Shown here: one piece after another, positions 35,909-44,701 of the stretch | How the letters are laid out: every line of letters begins with the position of its first letter | Position numbering within the stretch: position 1 is the stretch's first letter | IMG/VR virus record: IMGVR_UViG_3300003316_000301 | Span: 32,001-96,000 of that record | Reading direction: 5' to 3' (one strand) | From: a virus | Lineage: Duplodnaviria > Caudoviricetes | DNA: 64,000 nucleotides | Program-made: the position numbers and the translations under genes | The notes under the pieces: model-generated | What the model saw: the letters and a program-made list of their open reading frames with translations, nothing else | What the model was told of the DNA's origin: nothing | The model's database searches: none

Positions 35909-36012
35909 TGATGGTAGTCCAGCTCTGGACTACCTGCGCCCGATGAGGAACTTCCACGTGTGGTAGCACCCCACCAGCGCCATGGAGTTCCACAGGACGT
36001 TGCCGACCGTGC

Positions 36013-36408
36013 TCACGAGCCGCCCTCCACCTGGCGCCTCAGGCGCTCCACCTCGGCCTCCAGGGCGGCGTTGACGAGCTTGGCCTCCTCGCCCTCGGGA
36101 CGGGGATCACGGGCCAGGCGGAACACGGGCACCGCGATGGGCCACGACAGCACCACGAACAGCGCGAGGACCAGCACCTCCCCCTGGCCGTTCTTGTCCT
36201 TCTCCCACCTCTTGCGCAGGACGGCGAGGGTGTCCTCGGCCGTCTCGGACCTGCGGGTCTTGGCGAGCCACTTGTAGCGCTCGCGGATCTTCTCGTCGAA
36301 CCACTTGCGGTGGCCCTCGATGTAGAACTCCCGGCCGTACTTGGCGCCCACGCCCAGGTAGGCCACCAGGGTTCCCAGGACCGCCATGACGATGAAGAAC
36401 CCGGTCAC
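36013..36408 (-). CDS. Two-TM membrane protein
   Basis: AGGAGG RBS, GTGA overlap. Confidence 0.6.
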   Translation of the reverse strand: MTGFFIVMAVLGTLVAYLGVGAKYGREFYIEGHRKWFDEKIRERYKWLAKTRRSETAEDTLAVLRKRWEKDKNGQGEVLVLALFVVLSWPIAVPVFRLARDPRPEGEEAKLVNAALEAEVERLRRQVEGGS

Positions 36409-36866
36409 CGGCCCCTCCTGGTCTCACGGGCCTTCGGGGTCACACCCAGCAGGAGGGCGTGCAGGTCCTCGGGGATCTCCGTGCGCTCCATCAGATCGGT
36501 GACCGCGTCCCAGTCCGGCGTGGAGCCCGTCCCGCTGTTGGTGTAGAGGTCCTCCAGCTCCGCGTACTTGTCCGCGATGATCGCGGTCACCAGGCTCCAC
36601 GTCGCCCGCACGATCTCCTCGGTCTGGGTGTCGAAGACGTTGATGCCCACGGCCTTGCGGAAGCGGATCTGGAGCGCGATGAACGCGCTCTTGGCGTACT
36701 TGCCCGTCAGGGCCCACGGGACCGTGCTCTGCGGCTCGTCCTTGGGCTTCAGGGCGTCCACCATGTCCACGAGGACCGCGAACTCCTTGCCGCCCCCGTG
36801 CTCGCTCACCAGAGGCGCGAGGGCCTCAATGGCCTTGCGGCCCTTGCTGTAATCCGTCTCGCTCAT
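36405..36866 (-). CDS. Hypothetical protein
   Basis: AGGAGG RBS, ATGA overlap. Confidence 0.6.
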   Translation of the reverse strand: MSETDYSKGRKAIEALAPLVSEHGGGKEFAVLVDMVDALKPKDEPQSTVPWALTGKYAKSAFIALQIRFRKAVGINVFDTQTEEIVRATWSLVTAIIADKYAELEDLYTNSGTGSTPDWDAVTDLMERTEIPEDLHALLLGVTPKARETRRGR

Positions 36867-37207
36867 GCGTCCTCCTGGATCGTGGCGGGATCGTCGGTGT
36901 TCTTCTCGTGAACCAGCACCAGCAGGTCCATCAGGCTCGGCATTGGCCGGTCGTCCGGCCAGACGTGCCAGCCCTGCTTGCCCTTGGAACCCTCGGCCCT
37001 CTGGCCCTCGATGCGCACCAGGTACGCCGGGCCCACCACGTACACGCCGTGAGAGCCCGCGTAGGCCTTCTGTGCGGTCCTGTACGGGGCCACGAGGGCG
37101 TTGAGGGCATCCATGCACTCGGCGGCGTCCGCAGGGCTCGTGGAGGCCCTCAGGACGTACGCCAGATGGTCGTAGAGGTCCTGAAGGTCCTGAGGCAGGT
37201 CGGTCAC
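36863..37207 (-). CDS. Hypothetical protein
   Basis: GTGA overlap. Confidence 0.6.
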   Translation of the reverse strand: MTDLPQDLQDLYDHLAYVLRASTSPADAAECMDALNALVAPYRTAQKAYAGSHGVYVVGPAYLVRIEGQRAEGSKGKQGWHVWPDDRPMPSLMDLLVLVHEKNTDDPATIQEDA

Positions 37208-37536
37208 GGGTTCACTCCCAGCTTCTTGGCCATGAACATGCGCATGATCTGCATCTTCAGCTCGTCGGGGTACAGGTCCAGCGGAGTAGGACGCACAGCG
37301 GTGCAGCCCTCCTCGTAGCAGCGCTGCATGGGGGCGCTCAGAAAGCCGCCCTCCGGGCCCAGACGGTACGAGGTGACCCATTGGTGCTGAGCGTCCTCCA
37401 GGTCGCCCTGAGGCGCCTTGCGGAGCTGCTCGGGGGTGAGCGAGCGCACGTACTCCAGCTCGGGGTACTGGGCGATCCTGGCGTTACACAGAGGGCTCAT
37501 GCCGACGAAGAAGCCGTACTTGAAAACCCTTTTCAC
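37204..37536 (-). CDS. Hypothetical protein
   Basis: GTGA overlap. Confidence 0.6.
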   Translation of the reverse strand: MKRVFKYGFFVGMSPLCNARIAQYPELEYVRSLTPEQLRKAPQGDLEDAQHQWVTSYRLGPEGGFLSAPMQRCYEEGCTAVRPTPLDLYPDELKMQIMRMFMAKKLGVNP

Positions 37537-38009
37537 TTCGCCACCTGCTCGATGCCCTCAGTGCCCGTGACGAACTCCCAGGCGTAGTTGCGGCCCCAGG
37601 TCTCCAGGGCGTCCGGGTAGTGCGTCCACGCGGTCGCGCAGCTCTTGGGGAAGTACGCGAGGGAGAAGGCGTGGACGAAGTCCGCGTCGTCCTCCAGCTC
37701 GGGGTGCTCGGCGAAGAGCTTCTCCTTGAGCGCGAAGCCCTGGTCCTTGTTGAGGTTCTTGAAGACCGCGCGCCACATGAGCTGGATCTCGCGGCCGGTG
37801 AGGGCCACCGGGTGGCTGAACGCCCGCGCGTAGAGGCGCACGGAGGTCACCAGGGTGCGGGGGTGTGCGGTGGCGCACTCCTTGCCCTCGTCCTTGAGGC
37901 GTTCGATCACCTCGGCGATCAGCGCCCTGGTGATGACGACCTTGCGCTCACGGGCCTCCGCGACGATGTGGGACGCCGCGCGCTGGGCCTTCTCGGTGGG
38001 AGTGAGCAT
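37533..38009 (-). CDS. Hypothetical protein
   Basis: First gene after promoter repeat. Confidence 0.65.
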   Translation of the reverse strand: MLTPTEKAQRAASHIVAEARERKVVITRALIAEVIERLKDEGKECATAHPRTLVTSVRLYARAFSHPVALTGREIQLMWRAVFKNLNKDQGFALKEKLFAEHPELEDDADFVHAFSLAYFPKSCATAWTHYPDALETWGRNYAWEFVTGTEGIEQVAK

Positions 38010-38013
38010 GATG

Positions 38014-38077
38014 CCTCCCGAGGAGTCGAGTGGTCCTGACAGAGTCAAGGTTACTACAAGGATCCTTGGAGAATCAA
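38014..38077 (-). promoter_or_regulatory. Repeated promoter/operator/RBS element (TTGATT-18-TAACCT)
   Basis: Spacer CTCCAAGGATCCTTGTAG. Confidence 0.7.
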
Positions 38078-38388
38078 GCGAGAGAGTCGGGGACCACGAA
38101 GAACAGGTCCTTCGCCTCGTCGTACCGGCTCAGGGTGTAGCCCTTGCGGCGCAGGAGTTCCGCGATCCGGCGCAGCTCCTCGTGCAAGGGGCGGCCCTCC
38201 ACCATGTTGCTCGGCGTGCCGTCCGGCTCGGTGCCCGCGTACGCCCGGGAGATGAGCGCCACCGGCACCATGTCCCACAGAACCTCGGAGCACGTGAAGC
38301 CCCCGCGCCCCACGGTCATGTCCGCCGGGGTGAGCCGCAGCTCCTTGATGATCATGTCCTTGATGACCTTCGCGCTGACCTTGTCCAT
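38074..38388 (-). CDS. Hypothetical protein
   Basis: GACTCCTCAGGAGG RBS motif. Confidence 0.65.
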   Translation of the reverse strand: MDKVSAKVIKDMIIKELRLTPADMTVGRGGFTCSEVLWDMVPVALISRAYAGTEPDGTPSNMVEGRPLHEELRRIAELLRRKGYTLSRYDEAKDLFFVVPDSLA

Positions 38389-38423
38389 GAGGACCTCCTG
38401 AGGAGTCGTTCGAGTGGGCTGAG

Positions 38424-38512
38424 AACCCCCGGCAGGGATCGAACCTGCCCGGCTGTACATGGCCTGTACGGGGCCACCGTCTCCCCGAGCCGTCCGGCCG
38501 TGGAGCGGGGGT
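38424..38512 (-). ncRNA. Non-canonical tRNA-like RNA A
   Basis: 7-bp acceptor-like stem ACCCCCG/CGGGGGT, T-arm GCAGG-TTCGATC-CCTGC; atypical D and anticodon arms. Confidence 0.5.
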
Positions 38513-38549
38513 GTGAGGCGGGATCAGGGCTCCCGCCAAGCCCTCGTGC

Positions 38550-39167
38550 TCAGGCGAGGCCGACGGCCTTCAGGGCCTCCAGGTAGAGCGGCAGAGCCGC
38601 CTTGACCTCCTCGGCCACGTCGTTCTGGTTGTTCATGTGCTCGGCCGGGTTCTTGCGGAAGGCCTTCACCCAGGAGTCGAACTTCTCGGGGGCGTAGTAG
38701 CCGTCGCTCATGGAGTGGCCGTAGCCGACGTAGCCGTGGTACGCGGCCTTCTCAAAGGCGCGGGGGTCGAAGTGCGCCCCCAGCTCCTTGCGCTCGCCCT
38801 CGCGGCTGATGAAGACGACCTTCTTGCCCCGGGCACCGGCGAACGCCCAGGCGCCCTCGCGGCTCATCTCGCCGAAGCCCATCCAGTTCATCCAGTGGGA
38901 GTTCTTCGGCGCGACCTCGGTGATCTCGACGAAGTCCTCCAGCTCCACGACCTTGAAGCAGCGGTACTCGACCTTGGTCAGGTAGCTCCAGGGGAGACCG
39001 ATCTTCACGATCTTCGGCAGGCCCAGGACCTCCACCTTGGCGACCGAGGGCGTGCTGCCCTCCAGGACGATGCCCTGCGTTTCCTGGGGCTCGTAGCCGG
39101 GGACCGCGTACTGGAAGGTCACGCGGGTGCCGGTGGCGATGGGGAGCTGGATGGTGGTGTTGGTCAT
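38550..39167 (-). CDS. Hypothetical protein
   Basis: First gene after promoter repeat. Confidence 0.7.
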   Translation of the reverse strand: MTNTTIQLPIATGTRVTFQYAVPGYEPQETQGIVLEGSTPSVAKVEVLGLPKIVKIGLPWSYLTKVEYRCFKVVELEDFVEITEVAPKNSHWMNWMGFGEMSREGAWAFAGARGKKVVFISREGERKELGAHFDPRAFEKAAYHGYVGYGHSMSDGYYAPEKFDSWVKAFRKNPAEHMNNQNDVAEEVKAALPLYLEALKAVGLA

Positions 39168-39172
39168 GGCCG

Positions 39173-39237
39173 CCTCCTGAGGAGTCTTCGTCGTGCTGAC
39201 AAGAAGAACTCTACCCCCAGGAATTGTTGGAGCGCAA
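39173..39237 (-). promoter_or_regulatory. Repeated promoter/operator/RBS element (TTGCGC-18-TAGAGT)
   Basis: 44 bp (39194-39237) identical to 57830-57873. Confidence 0.7.
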
Positions 39238-39245
39238 CCCCTCCA

Positions 39246-39536
39246 CTAAGAATTGTTGGGGAGCCAGTGCCTCAGGATGTCCTGCACGGTGATGTGCCCC
39301 TGGGAGGCCCGGTTGTACCGATCCCGGAGCAGCTCCATCAGCTCGTCCACCAGGCCGTTGTTCTGGTTGCCCAGGAACAAGCCCGCCACGAGGATCACGG
39401 CCTCCTTGTCGGCGTACGAGCCCGGGAGCCACTCCCCCTTCCAGGAGAGGGTCCATCCGTCCATGGAGGTGCCCTCCACGGGCCCCCAGAACTTGAAGGG
39501 GCCGAACTCCTCGGGCTCGGGCTGCTGATGCGTCAT
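39246..39536 (-). CDS. Hypothetical protein
   Basis: AGGAGG RBS. Confidence 0.65.
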   Translation of the reverse strand: MTHQQPEPEEFGPFKFWGPVEGTSMDGWTLSWKGEWLPGSYADKEAVILVAGLFLGNQNNGLVDELMELLRDRYNRASQGHITVQDILRHWLPNNS

Positions 39537-39577
39537 ACGTCCTCCTGAGGCCTCTGGCGGTTTTTAAATACGGGTTC

Positions 39578-39874
39578 TCAGCGCAGCCCCATCGAGGCCT
39601 CGATGAGGTCGCCCTCCTCGTCGATGTCCTGCTGGCACATCTCGCAGGGGTCGATCTCGCGGCACTCGGTGCCCCAGGGCTGGCCGTTGGGGCACACCTC
39701 GGACTCTTCCTCGATCACCGTGACGGAGGACCAGTTGTCCGTCAGGACCACGGAGCCGTCCTCCAGCTCCACGCGGACCTTGATGGACTTCACCTTGCCG
39801 CGCGCCTTGCCCTCGCCGAAGTCGACCTTCTGGCCGGTACGGAGCAGGGAGACGGTGGTCTCGATCTTCTTCAT
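39578..39874 (-). CDS. Hypothetical protein with C-terminal Cys cluster
   Basis: GACTCCCCAGGAGG RBS motif. Confidence 0.65.
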   Translation of the reverse strand: MKKIETTVSLLRTGQKVDFGEGKARGKVKSIKVRVELEDGSVVLTDNWSSVTVIEEESEVCPNGQPWGTECREIDPCEMCQQDIDEEGDLIEASMGLR

Positions 39875-40199
39875 GGGTCCTCCTGGGGAGTCGCAGAGTT
39901 CGAAAGCGCTGGGGTGCCCGCCCAGCTCCCGGCATGTCGTCCATGGGGGCCTCGCCGTCGCGGTGTGCACCCCGTTCAGGTCCGTCCTAGTCCACATCCG
40001 GCCCATACGGGGATCGGTGCGGCTGTGCGGCCGTCCTGCCCGCGCCCTGGTGGTCACCGGAGACGTATCCGGGCCACCGAGGAAGAAAGTGCAGGGCCCG
40101 CTACTACGAGTCAGGGATCTTGCACCGGGGCCCATTGCCGTGAGCTTGCCGGAGTTGGCCTCCCTGCCGGAGGGTAAGGGTTCCTCCAGTCACCTGCCG

Positions 40200-40348
40200 T
40201 GGAGAGGAAGGGATTCGAACCCCTCTGCGCGGTTCCCGCATCACCTGGCGTCTCGACCTCGCGGGCAATCCTTTTCGGGGGCCTGAGCCCCACACCCCTA
40301 CCTCGGGGACGACAGGAGTTGAACCTGTCTACGCTCGCCGTTCTCTCC
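40200..40348 (-). ncRNA. Non-canonical tRNA-like RNA B with two T-loop hairpins
   Basis: GGAGAG/CTCTCC acceptor-like stem, terminal T-arm AGGGG-TTCGAAT-CCCTT, second T-loop hairpin GACAGG-TTCAACT-CCTGTC. Confidence 0.5.
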
Positions 40349-40387
40349 TTGTACCGGGGATCAGGGCTCCCCGGCGGCCCGTGGTGC

Positions 40388-40561
40388 TCAGTGGTGGAGG
40401 CGGTCCACCTGGCGCTTGACCACCGGCAGCTCCCCGCCGAAACGAAGCTCGTGCCGGGTCTCCGCCCGGAAGCGCTTGTTCACCATGCGCTGGAGGCTCT
40501 TGCGAGAGCCGTCGCCGGGGAACGTCGCGTACTTCTCGTTCTTGCGGTAGGTGCGCGCCAT
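40388..40561 (-). CDS. 57-aa basic Arg/Lys-rich protein
   Basis: First gene after promoter repeat; MARTYRKNEK...NKRFRAETRHELR. Confidence 0.65.
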   Translation of the reverse strand: MARTYRKNEKYATFPGDGSRKSLQRMVNKRFRAETRHELRFGGELPVVKRQVDRLHH

Positions 40562-40566
40562 GTGGG

Positions 40567-40631
40567 CCTCCTGTGGAGTCGTTGTCGCCTTGACGTTGTC
40601 AAGGTTACACCCAGGATTGTTGGAGCGTCAA
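40567..40631 (-). promoter_or_regulatory. Repeated promoter/operator/RBS element (TTGACG-18-TAACCT)
   Basis: All sub-motifs present. Confidence 0.75.
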
Positions 40632-40641
40632 GCCCCTTTTC

Positions 40642-40833
40642 TCAGTGGATCGTTACGTGCTGGCCGATCTTGTCCAGCACCAGGTAGAGCACCCACCAGA
40701 CGACAGATCCGACGCAGAAGAGGTAGATCGGAACAAGGATTCCGATCTCCCACTGCCGGACACAGGCCCAGACGAACTGGAGGGCACAGAAGACGGTGAG
40801 GGCCACCCAGACCCAGAAGAAGACCTCGGTCAT
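40642..40833 (-). CDS. Small two-TM membrane protein
   Basis: ATGA overlap. Confidence 0.6.
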   Translation of the reverse strand: MTEVFFWVWVALTVFCALQFVWACVRQWEIGILVPIYLFCVGSVVWWVLYLVLDKIGQHVTIH

Positions 40834-41702
40834 GCGGAGAGGGCCCTCCGTCGTCCGCCCACCTCGTTGATGCCGAGCTGAGCCCGCCGCCCGTCCCGCC
40901 GACCAGCGCTCACACCGTCCTCGGACGTGACCACGATCCTGCGCGCGGAGCGGAGCTTGGCATCCGGCCCGAACTGCTCCTTGTGCCAGGCCTCCTGAGC
41001 CGCCTTGGAGCGCTTGGAGTCGTCCACGAGCACGATCTCCTTGCCCGTCTCCGCACTGGCCTCACGGGCCGCCTGCTGGCGCCCTGCGGTCATGCGGGCC
41101 CCCACGGTGTGCCCCCAGGCCACGATGTAGCTCTTGCGGAAGTCGCGAATGAGCTTGTTGACCTCGTTCTTGTAGAGCCACTGGCGCTCCAGCTCCCGCC
41201 GGTGCTGCCGGACGGCGACGGCCAGGCCTGTCTCCATCTGCATGGTGAGAGAGGCGATCAGCATCTTGGCGAAGTCGACGACGTCCTCGGAGACGAAGAC
41301 GACCAGGCGCGTGTCCTGCTTGGTGGAGTGGCTGGAGGACCACCACTTGATCGTGGTGCCTCCCAGCGGCACGGCCACCGAACGGTGGATGGCCGACGCC
41401 CGCACACCGCCGAGGTTGAACTTGTTCGAGAGCCAGACCTCGAACTCCACGATCTTCGCCGGGCCGGTGTTGTTCTTCTGCCGCAGTGCGGTGACGTCGA
41501 TCTGGTGACGGGCGATGAGGTTGGAGAGCATCCGCATCGCGGTGTCGCGCTCTTCCTCCGGCGTGGTCGGGTTGTCCACCAGCGCCATGAGCAGGCGGAC
41601 CTTCTGCTCGCGGTTGTAGCGCTTCTTGTCCTCCGGCGAGAGCTTGGCCTGCTCCGCGTCGCTGAGGATCTCGCCGGTGTTGAAGCTGCGGTACTCGCCC
41701 AT
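40830..41702 (-). CDS. DUF2786-like domain protein
   Basis: KVRLLMALVDNPTTPEEERDTAMRMLSNLIARHQID; C-terminal GRRDGRRAQL. Confidence 0.7.
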   Translation of the reverse strand: MGEYRSFNTGEILSDAEQAKLSPEDKKRYNREQKVRLLMALVDNPTTPEEERDTAMRMLSNLIARHQIDVTALRQKNNTGPAKIVEFEVWLSNKFNLGGVRASAIHRSVAVPLGGTTIKWWSSSHSTKQDTRLVVFVSEDVVDFAKMLIASLTMQMETGLAVAVRQHRRELERQWLYKNEVNKLIRDFRKSYIVAWGHTVGARMTAGRQQAAREASAETGKEIVLVDDSKRSKAAQEAWHKEQFGPDAKLRSARRIVVTSEDGVSAGRRDGRRAQLGINEVGGRRRALSA

Positions 41703-41707
41703 AGGGG

Positions 41708-41776
41708 CCTCCTAAGGAGTCGGGTTCTGGCGGGGTCTTGCAAGAAGATTCTCTCCAACTTTTCTTGGAGAGTCAA
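41708..41776 (-). promoter_or_regulatory. Repeated promoter/operator/RBS element
   Basis: TTGACT, spacer CTCCAAGAAAAGTTGGAG, CCGCCAGA, GACTCCTTAGGAGG. Confidence 0.65.
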
Positions 41777-42093
41777 CCCATCGGGATGGCGCGGTCCGTG
41801 TGCAGATAGATGAACGGGGTGTCGGCGTACCTGCTGAGGGCGTAGCCCCGCTCCACGAACCACTGGTCGGCCTCGTCGGTCGGCCGGTACACCGCGTCTC
41901 CGCTGATGTCGTCTCCCGCGACCATGCGGGCCAGCCCGCGCCTGCGGAGAGACATCATGATCAGGTGGGCCCGGGGAGTGCCGGGGAGCTTGTCCGCTGC
42001 CCGCCACTCCCCCTCGGTGACCAGGTCACGGAGCACGAGCATCTGCACGCGCCCCATGCCCTTGACCCCGTCCGTGGGACGGCCGTCGGCCAT
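41773..42093 (-). CDS. Hypothetical protein (winged-helix-like)
   Basis: TGATG overlap; LRRRGLA...YRPT. Confidence 0.55.
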   Translation of the reverse strand: MADGRPTDGVKGMGRVQMLVLRDLVTEGEWRAADKLPGTPRAHLIMMSLRRRGLARMVAGDDISGDAVYRPTDEADQWFVERGYALSRYADTPFIYLHTDRAIPMG

Positions 42094-42767
42094 CAGTACT
42101 CCTCGTCCATGAGCAGGTCGGGGTTGTAGCCCGCCTCGCGGGCCGCGTCGTACCCGTCGCCCTTGAGGCCGTAGGTGTCACCACTGGACGCCACGAGACC
42201 ATGAGAGACCAGGACGGCCAGGCACAGCCGCGTCAGCTTGATGTTGCGGTACCACCATCCGGCGCGCGGAGACCACTCGCCGCCCTGCTCGGCCAGCATC
42301 ACGAGGACGGCCTTGACCTCCTCCTCGCTCACCATGACCGGCTTGTTGAACTGGCGGTGGCCCAGGTCGCTCAGCGCGTAGCGCTCGTTGTAGGGCTTGT
42401 CGCTGGTGCGGATCACGACGCCCTTGCGCACGAGGCCATCCAGGTGGCGGATCGTGCTGGAGCGGTTCGCCCAGTGCCACCCGCAGCCCGGGTACCAGTC
42501 GCCGCGATCCACCAGGCACTTGACGATGTGCTCCTGGGTCTCGGTGAGCGCGACCGGCTTGCCGTCGGGCCCCCACTCGGCGTGGCACTCACGGCCCGAG
42601 TAACGCCATGCCCCGCTCGTGTCCGTCTTCAGCAGCCACGGCTGCGGGTCGCCCTTGCGACGCGGGGAGTAGACCACCTCGCCGTCGCTGACGGGTCCGA
42701 TCGAGCGCACGATCTTCGCGCCCTCCGCCTGGGCCTTGAGCAGTTCCTTCGAGTACGCACGGGCCAT
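42093..42767 (-). CDS. Hypothetical protein with two winged-helix-like repeats
   Basis: GDWYPGCGWHW...LVRKGVV / GEWSPRAGWWY...LVSHGLV. Confidence 0.65.
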   Translation of the reverse strand: MARAYSKELLKAQAEGAKIVRSIGPVSDGEVVYSPRRKGDPQPWLLKTDTSGAWRYSGRECHAEWGPDGKPVALTETQEHIVKCLVDRGDWYPGCGWHWANRSSTIRHLDGLVRKGVVIRTSDKPYNERYALSDLGHRQFNKPVMVSEEEVKAVLVMLAEQGGEWSPRAGWWYRNIKLTRLCLAVLVSHGLVASSGDTYGLKGDGYDAAREAGYNPDLLMDEEY

Positions 42768-42772
42768 GAGGT

Positions 42773-42837
42773 CCTCCTGGGGAGTCGTTGTGCTCTTGAC
42801 GTTGTCAAGGTTACTACAAGGATTCTTGGAGAGTCAA
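42773..42837 (-). promoter_or_regulatory. Repeated promoter/operator/RBS element (TTGACT-18-TAACCT), consensus-like copy
   Basis: TTGACT CTCCAAGAATCCTTGTAG TAACCT TGACAACGTCAA ... GACTCCCCAGGAGG. Confidence 0.8.
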
Positions 42838-42840
42838 GGC

Positions 42841-43473
42841 CTACTTCGCCGTGACGAGCAGCACCTTGCTGTACAGACCGCGCGTGACCACCTCAACCTT
42901 GTACCGCGCCTCCAGGGCCTTCTTGAGCACGTCCAGCCGGGCCTCGCGGTCGGCCGCGCTGTGCTCCCGGTGGTCGAAGGACGCCCAGTTGAAGTCCACC
43001 TGGACGCCCTTGTAGGTCTTCTTGACCTCGAAGCCCTCGGTCCAGCGGCCCCAGCCCTTGACGCGCGTGGTCGAGTAGACCGAGCGTCCGATGCCCGTCT
43101 CCCCCACGATGCCGCCCAGGAACCTGCTGACGGTCTGGGACGTCACCTCGACCGCCGCCTTCTCCTTCCGGCCGGTGACCTTCAGGTACGAGCCCATGTC
43201 CTTGACCTGGTACTCCCAGTCCAGGACCTTCTTGAGGCCGTCCAGGGCCTTGCGGTACTCCTTGGCCTGGAAGGCCGGAGAGCCGCCCTGGTGCGAGCCG
43301 CCGGTGTAGCGGACGCTCACGTCGTGGTCCCCGAAGCCCTTGACCTCGTAGCCCGCGCTCCAGCTCGCCTTGTTGCGGCCGGTTCCCGGCTTGCGGACGG
43401 AGCGCTCGACCCCACTGAAGCGGCTGTTGTTGCCGAGGTAGCGGCTGATGTCGACGGGACGGATAGCGGCCAT
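42841..43473 (-). CDS. Hypothetical protein with duplicated domain
   Basis: Two SRxLG...G[YF]EV...V.V repeats. Confidence 0.7.
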   Translation of the reverse strand: MAAIRPVDISRYLGNNSRFSGVERSVRKPGTGRNKASWSAGYEVKGFGDHDVSVRYTGGSHQGGSPAFQAKEYRKALDGLKKVLDWEYQVKDMGSYLKVTGRKEKAAVEVTSQTVSRFLGGIVGETGIGRSVYSTTRVKGWGRWTEGFEVKKTYKGVQVDFNWASFDHREHSAADREARLDVLKKALEARYKVEVVTRGLYSKVLLVTAK

Positions 43474-43478
43474 AAGAG

Positions 43479-43543
43479 CCTCCTAGGGAGTCGGTGTCGC
43501 CCTGACAACGTCAAGGTTATACCCAGAATCCTTGGAGTGGCAA
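43479..43543 (-). promoter_or_regulatory. Repeated promoter/operator/RBS element (TTGCCA-18-TAACCT)
   Basis: All sub-motifs present. Confidence 0.7.
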
Positions 43544-43600
43544 GTCCCAATTTTAAAAATGGTGAGCCCCCTGGTGGGACCGCACCAGGGGGCTCGGGGA

Positions 43601-44086
43601 TCAGGCTAGGCGCCCGCGAAGCTCTTCGAGATACCTCAGGGTCTCCCGCGTCCGCTCGATCGCCTTGTCCAGCTCGGCCAACTCCACGCGGGACTGTTCG
43701 TCCGGCCGCTGAGGGGGTACAGGAGCCTCTTCCGGCTCCTCCGTGGCATCCAGGTCCGGGAGACCTCCGAGAGCCGCGTACAGAGGCGTACGGGCGATCC
43801 ACTCGCGGGCGTTCTCCTCGCTGGCCATGATGTGCTCGGCCTCGGCCTCACCGCGCTCCACTTCCCACTGGGCCTGCTCGCCGGACGGATAGCCGTAGGC
43901 GTACAGGTCCTTGAAGACCGCGTGGGCGATGGGCAGTGCAAGACGGAGGAGACGATCAGCGGCAGCCGCCTTGAAGAACGGCTCCATCTCCGCGATCTTC
44001 CACCACTTTCCGTTGGAGTCGCCGTACCAGGTGTCCTGGTCGAGCGTCTCCGAGAGATGCGTGGGCTTGTCGTCAGGCTGCGACAT
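43601..44086 (-). CDS. Hypothetical protein
   Basis: GC3-biased ORF followed by a hairpin. Confidence 0.6.
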   Translation of the reverse strand: MSQPDDKPTHLSETLDQDTWYGDSNGKWWKIAEMEPFFKAAAADRLLRLALPIAHAVFKDLYAYGYPSGEQAQWEVERGEAEAEHIMASEENAREWIARTPLYAALGGLPDLDATEEPEEAPVPPQRPDEQSRVELAELDKAIERTRETLRYLEELRGRLA

Positions 44087-44687
44087 CCCACCACCCCCGC
44101 ACCTCGAACAGCTCGAAGAGGTCACCGGGCGTGACGTCCTGGTTCAGACGGGCGTCGGTGAAGAGGTTCATGTCGATCATCTCCTCCACCTTGTCCACGG
44201 CCTGGGAGCAGATCATGTGGCCGGAGGTCTTCACCGCGTCCCGCAGCCACACCGGGCGGAAGCCGAAGCGCCACAGGGCCAGGTAGACGTAGTCCAGGAA
44301 GCTGTAGGGCGTGCCCACCAGCGATGTGGCGATGGGGAGCACCCTGTCCCGCTGCTCGTTGGTCAGCGGGATCTTGGCGAACAGGATCGGCCTCCCGGCG
44401 TACCGGGTCATGGAGCCGATCCGGGCTCCGCCGGGCTGCGCCTCGAAGATCATGCCGTTAGGCAGCACCACGAACGCGTGGGTGGGGAAGCCCCGGGGGA
44501 GCTTGACCTTCTTCCCGCTCGCGATCCGGATCAGCTTGCGGGCCTGCCGGATCCGGGCCCACGGCCACAGGCCGCCGTCTCCCGCCAGCCACTGGCCGAG
44601 CGAGACCCAGAAGCCGGTCCAGCCGGTGATCCAGGTCAGCCCGACGTCGCCGGGCTCAGGGGCAGGGAATTCATCGGTCAGTGCCAT
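44073..44687 (-). CDS. Permuted papain-like NlpC/P60 (YiiX/YebB-like) amidase
   Basis: PGDVG...THAFVV...EAQPGG...VGTPYSFLDY...MICSQAV (His before Cys). Confidence 0.75.
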   Translation of the reverse strand: MALTDEFPAPEPGDVGLTWITGWTGFWVSLGQWLAGDGGLWPWARIRQARKLIRIASGKKVKLPRGFPTHAFVVLPNGMIFEAQPGGARIGSMTRYAGRPILFAKIPLTNEQRDRVLPIATSLVGTPYSFLDYVYLALWRFGFRPVWLRDAVKTSGHMICSQAVDKVEEMIDMNLFTDARLNQDVTPGDLFELFEVRGWWDVAA

Positions 44688-44701
44688 GGGTCCTCCTCGG
44701 T

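Noticed and set aside
38517-38537. Lambda boxB (GCCCUGA...)
   Set aside because: In boxB GCCCU forms the stem; here GCCCUGA is the loop and the complementary AGGGC is missing.
40200-40348. Canonical tRNA-Ser or tmRNA
   Set aside because: No D-arm or anticodon arm at the expected spacing; lacks the alanyl G3-U70 acceptor and a tag ORF. Kept as a non-canonical ncRNA candidate.
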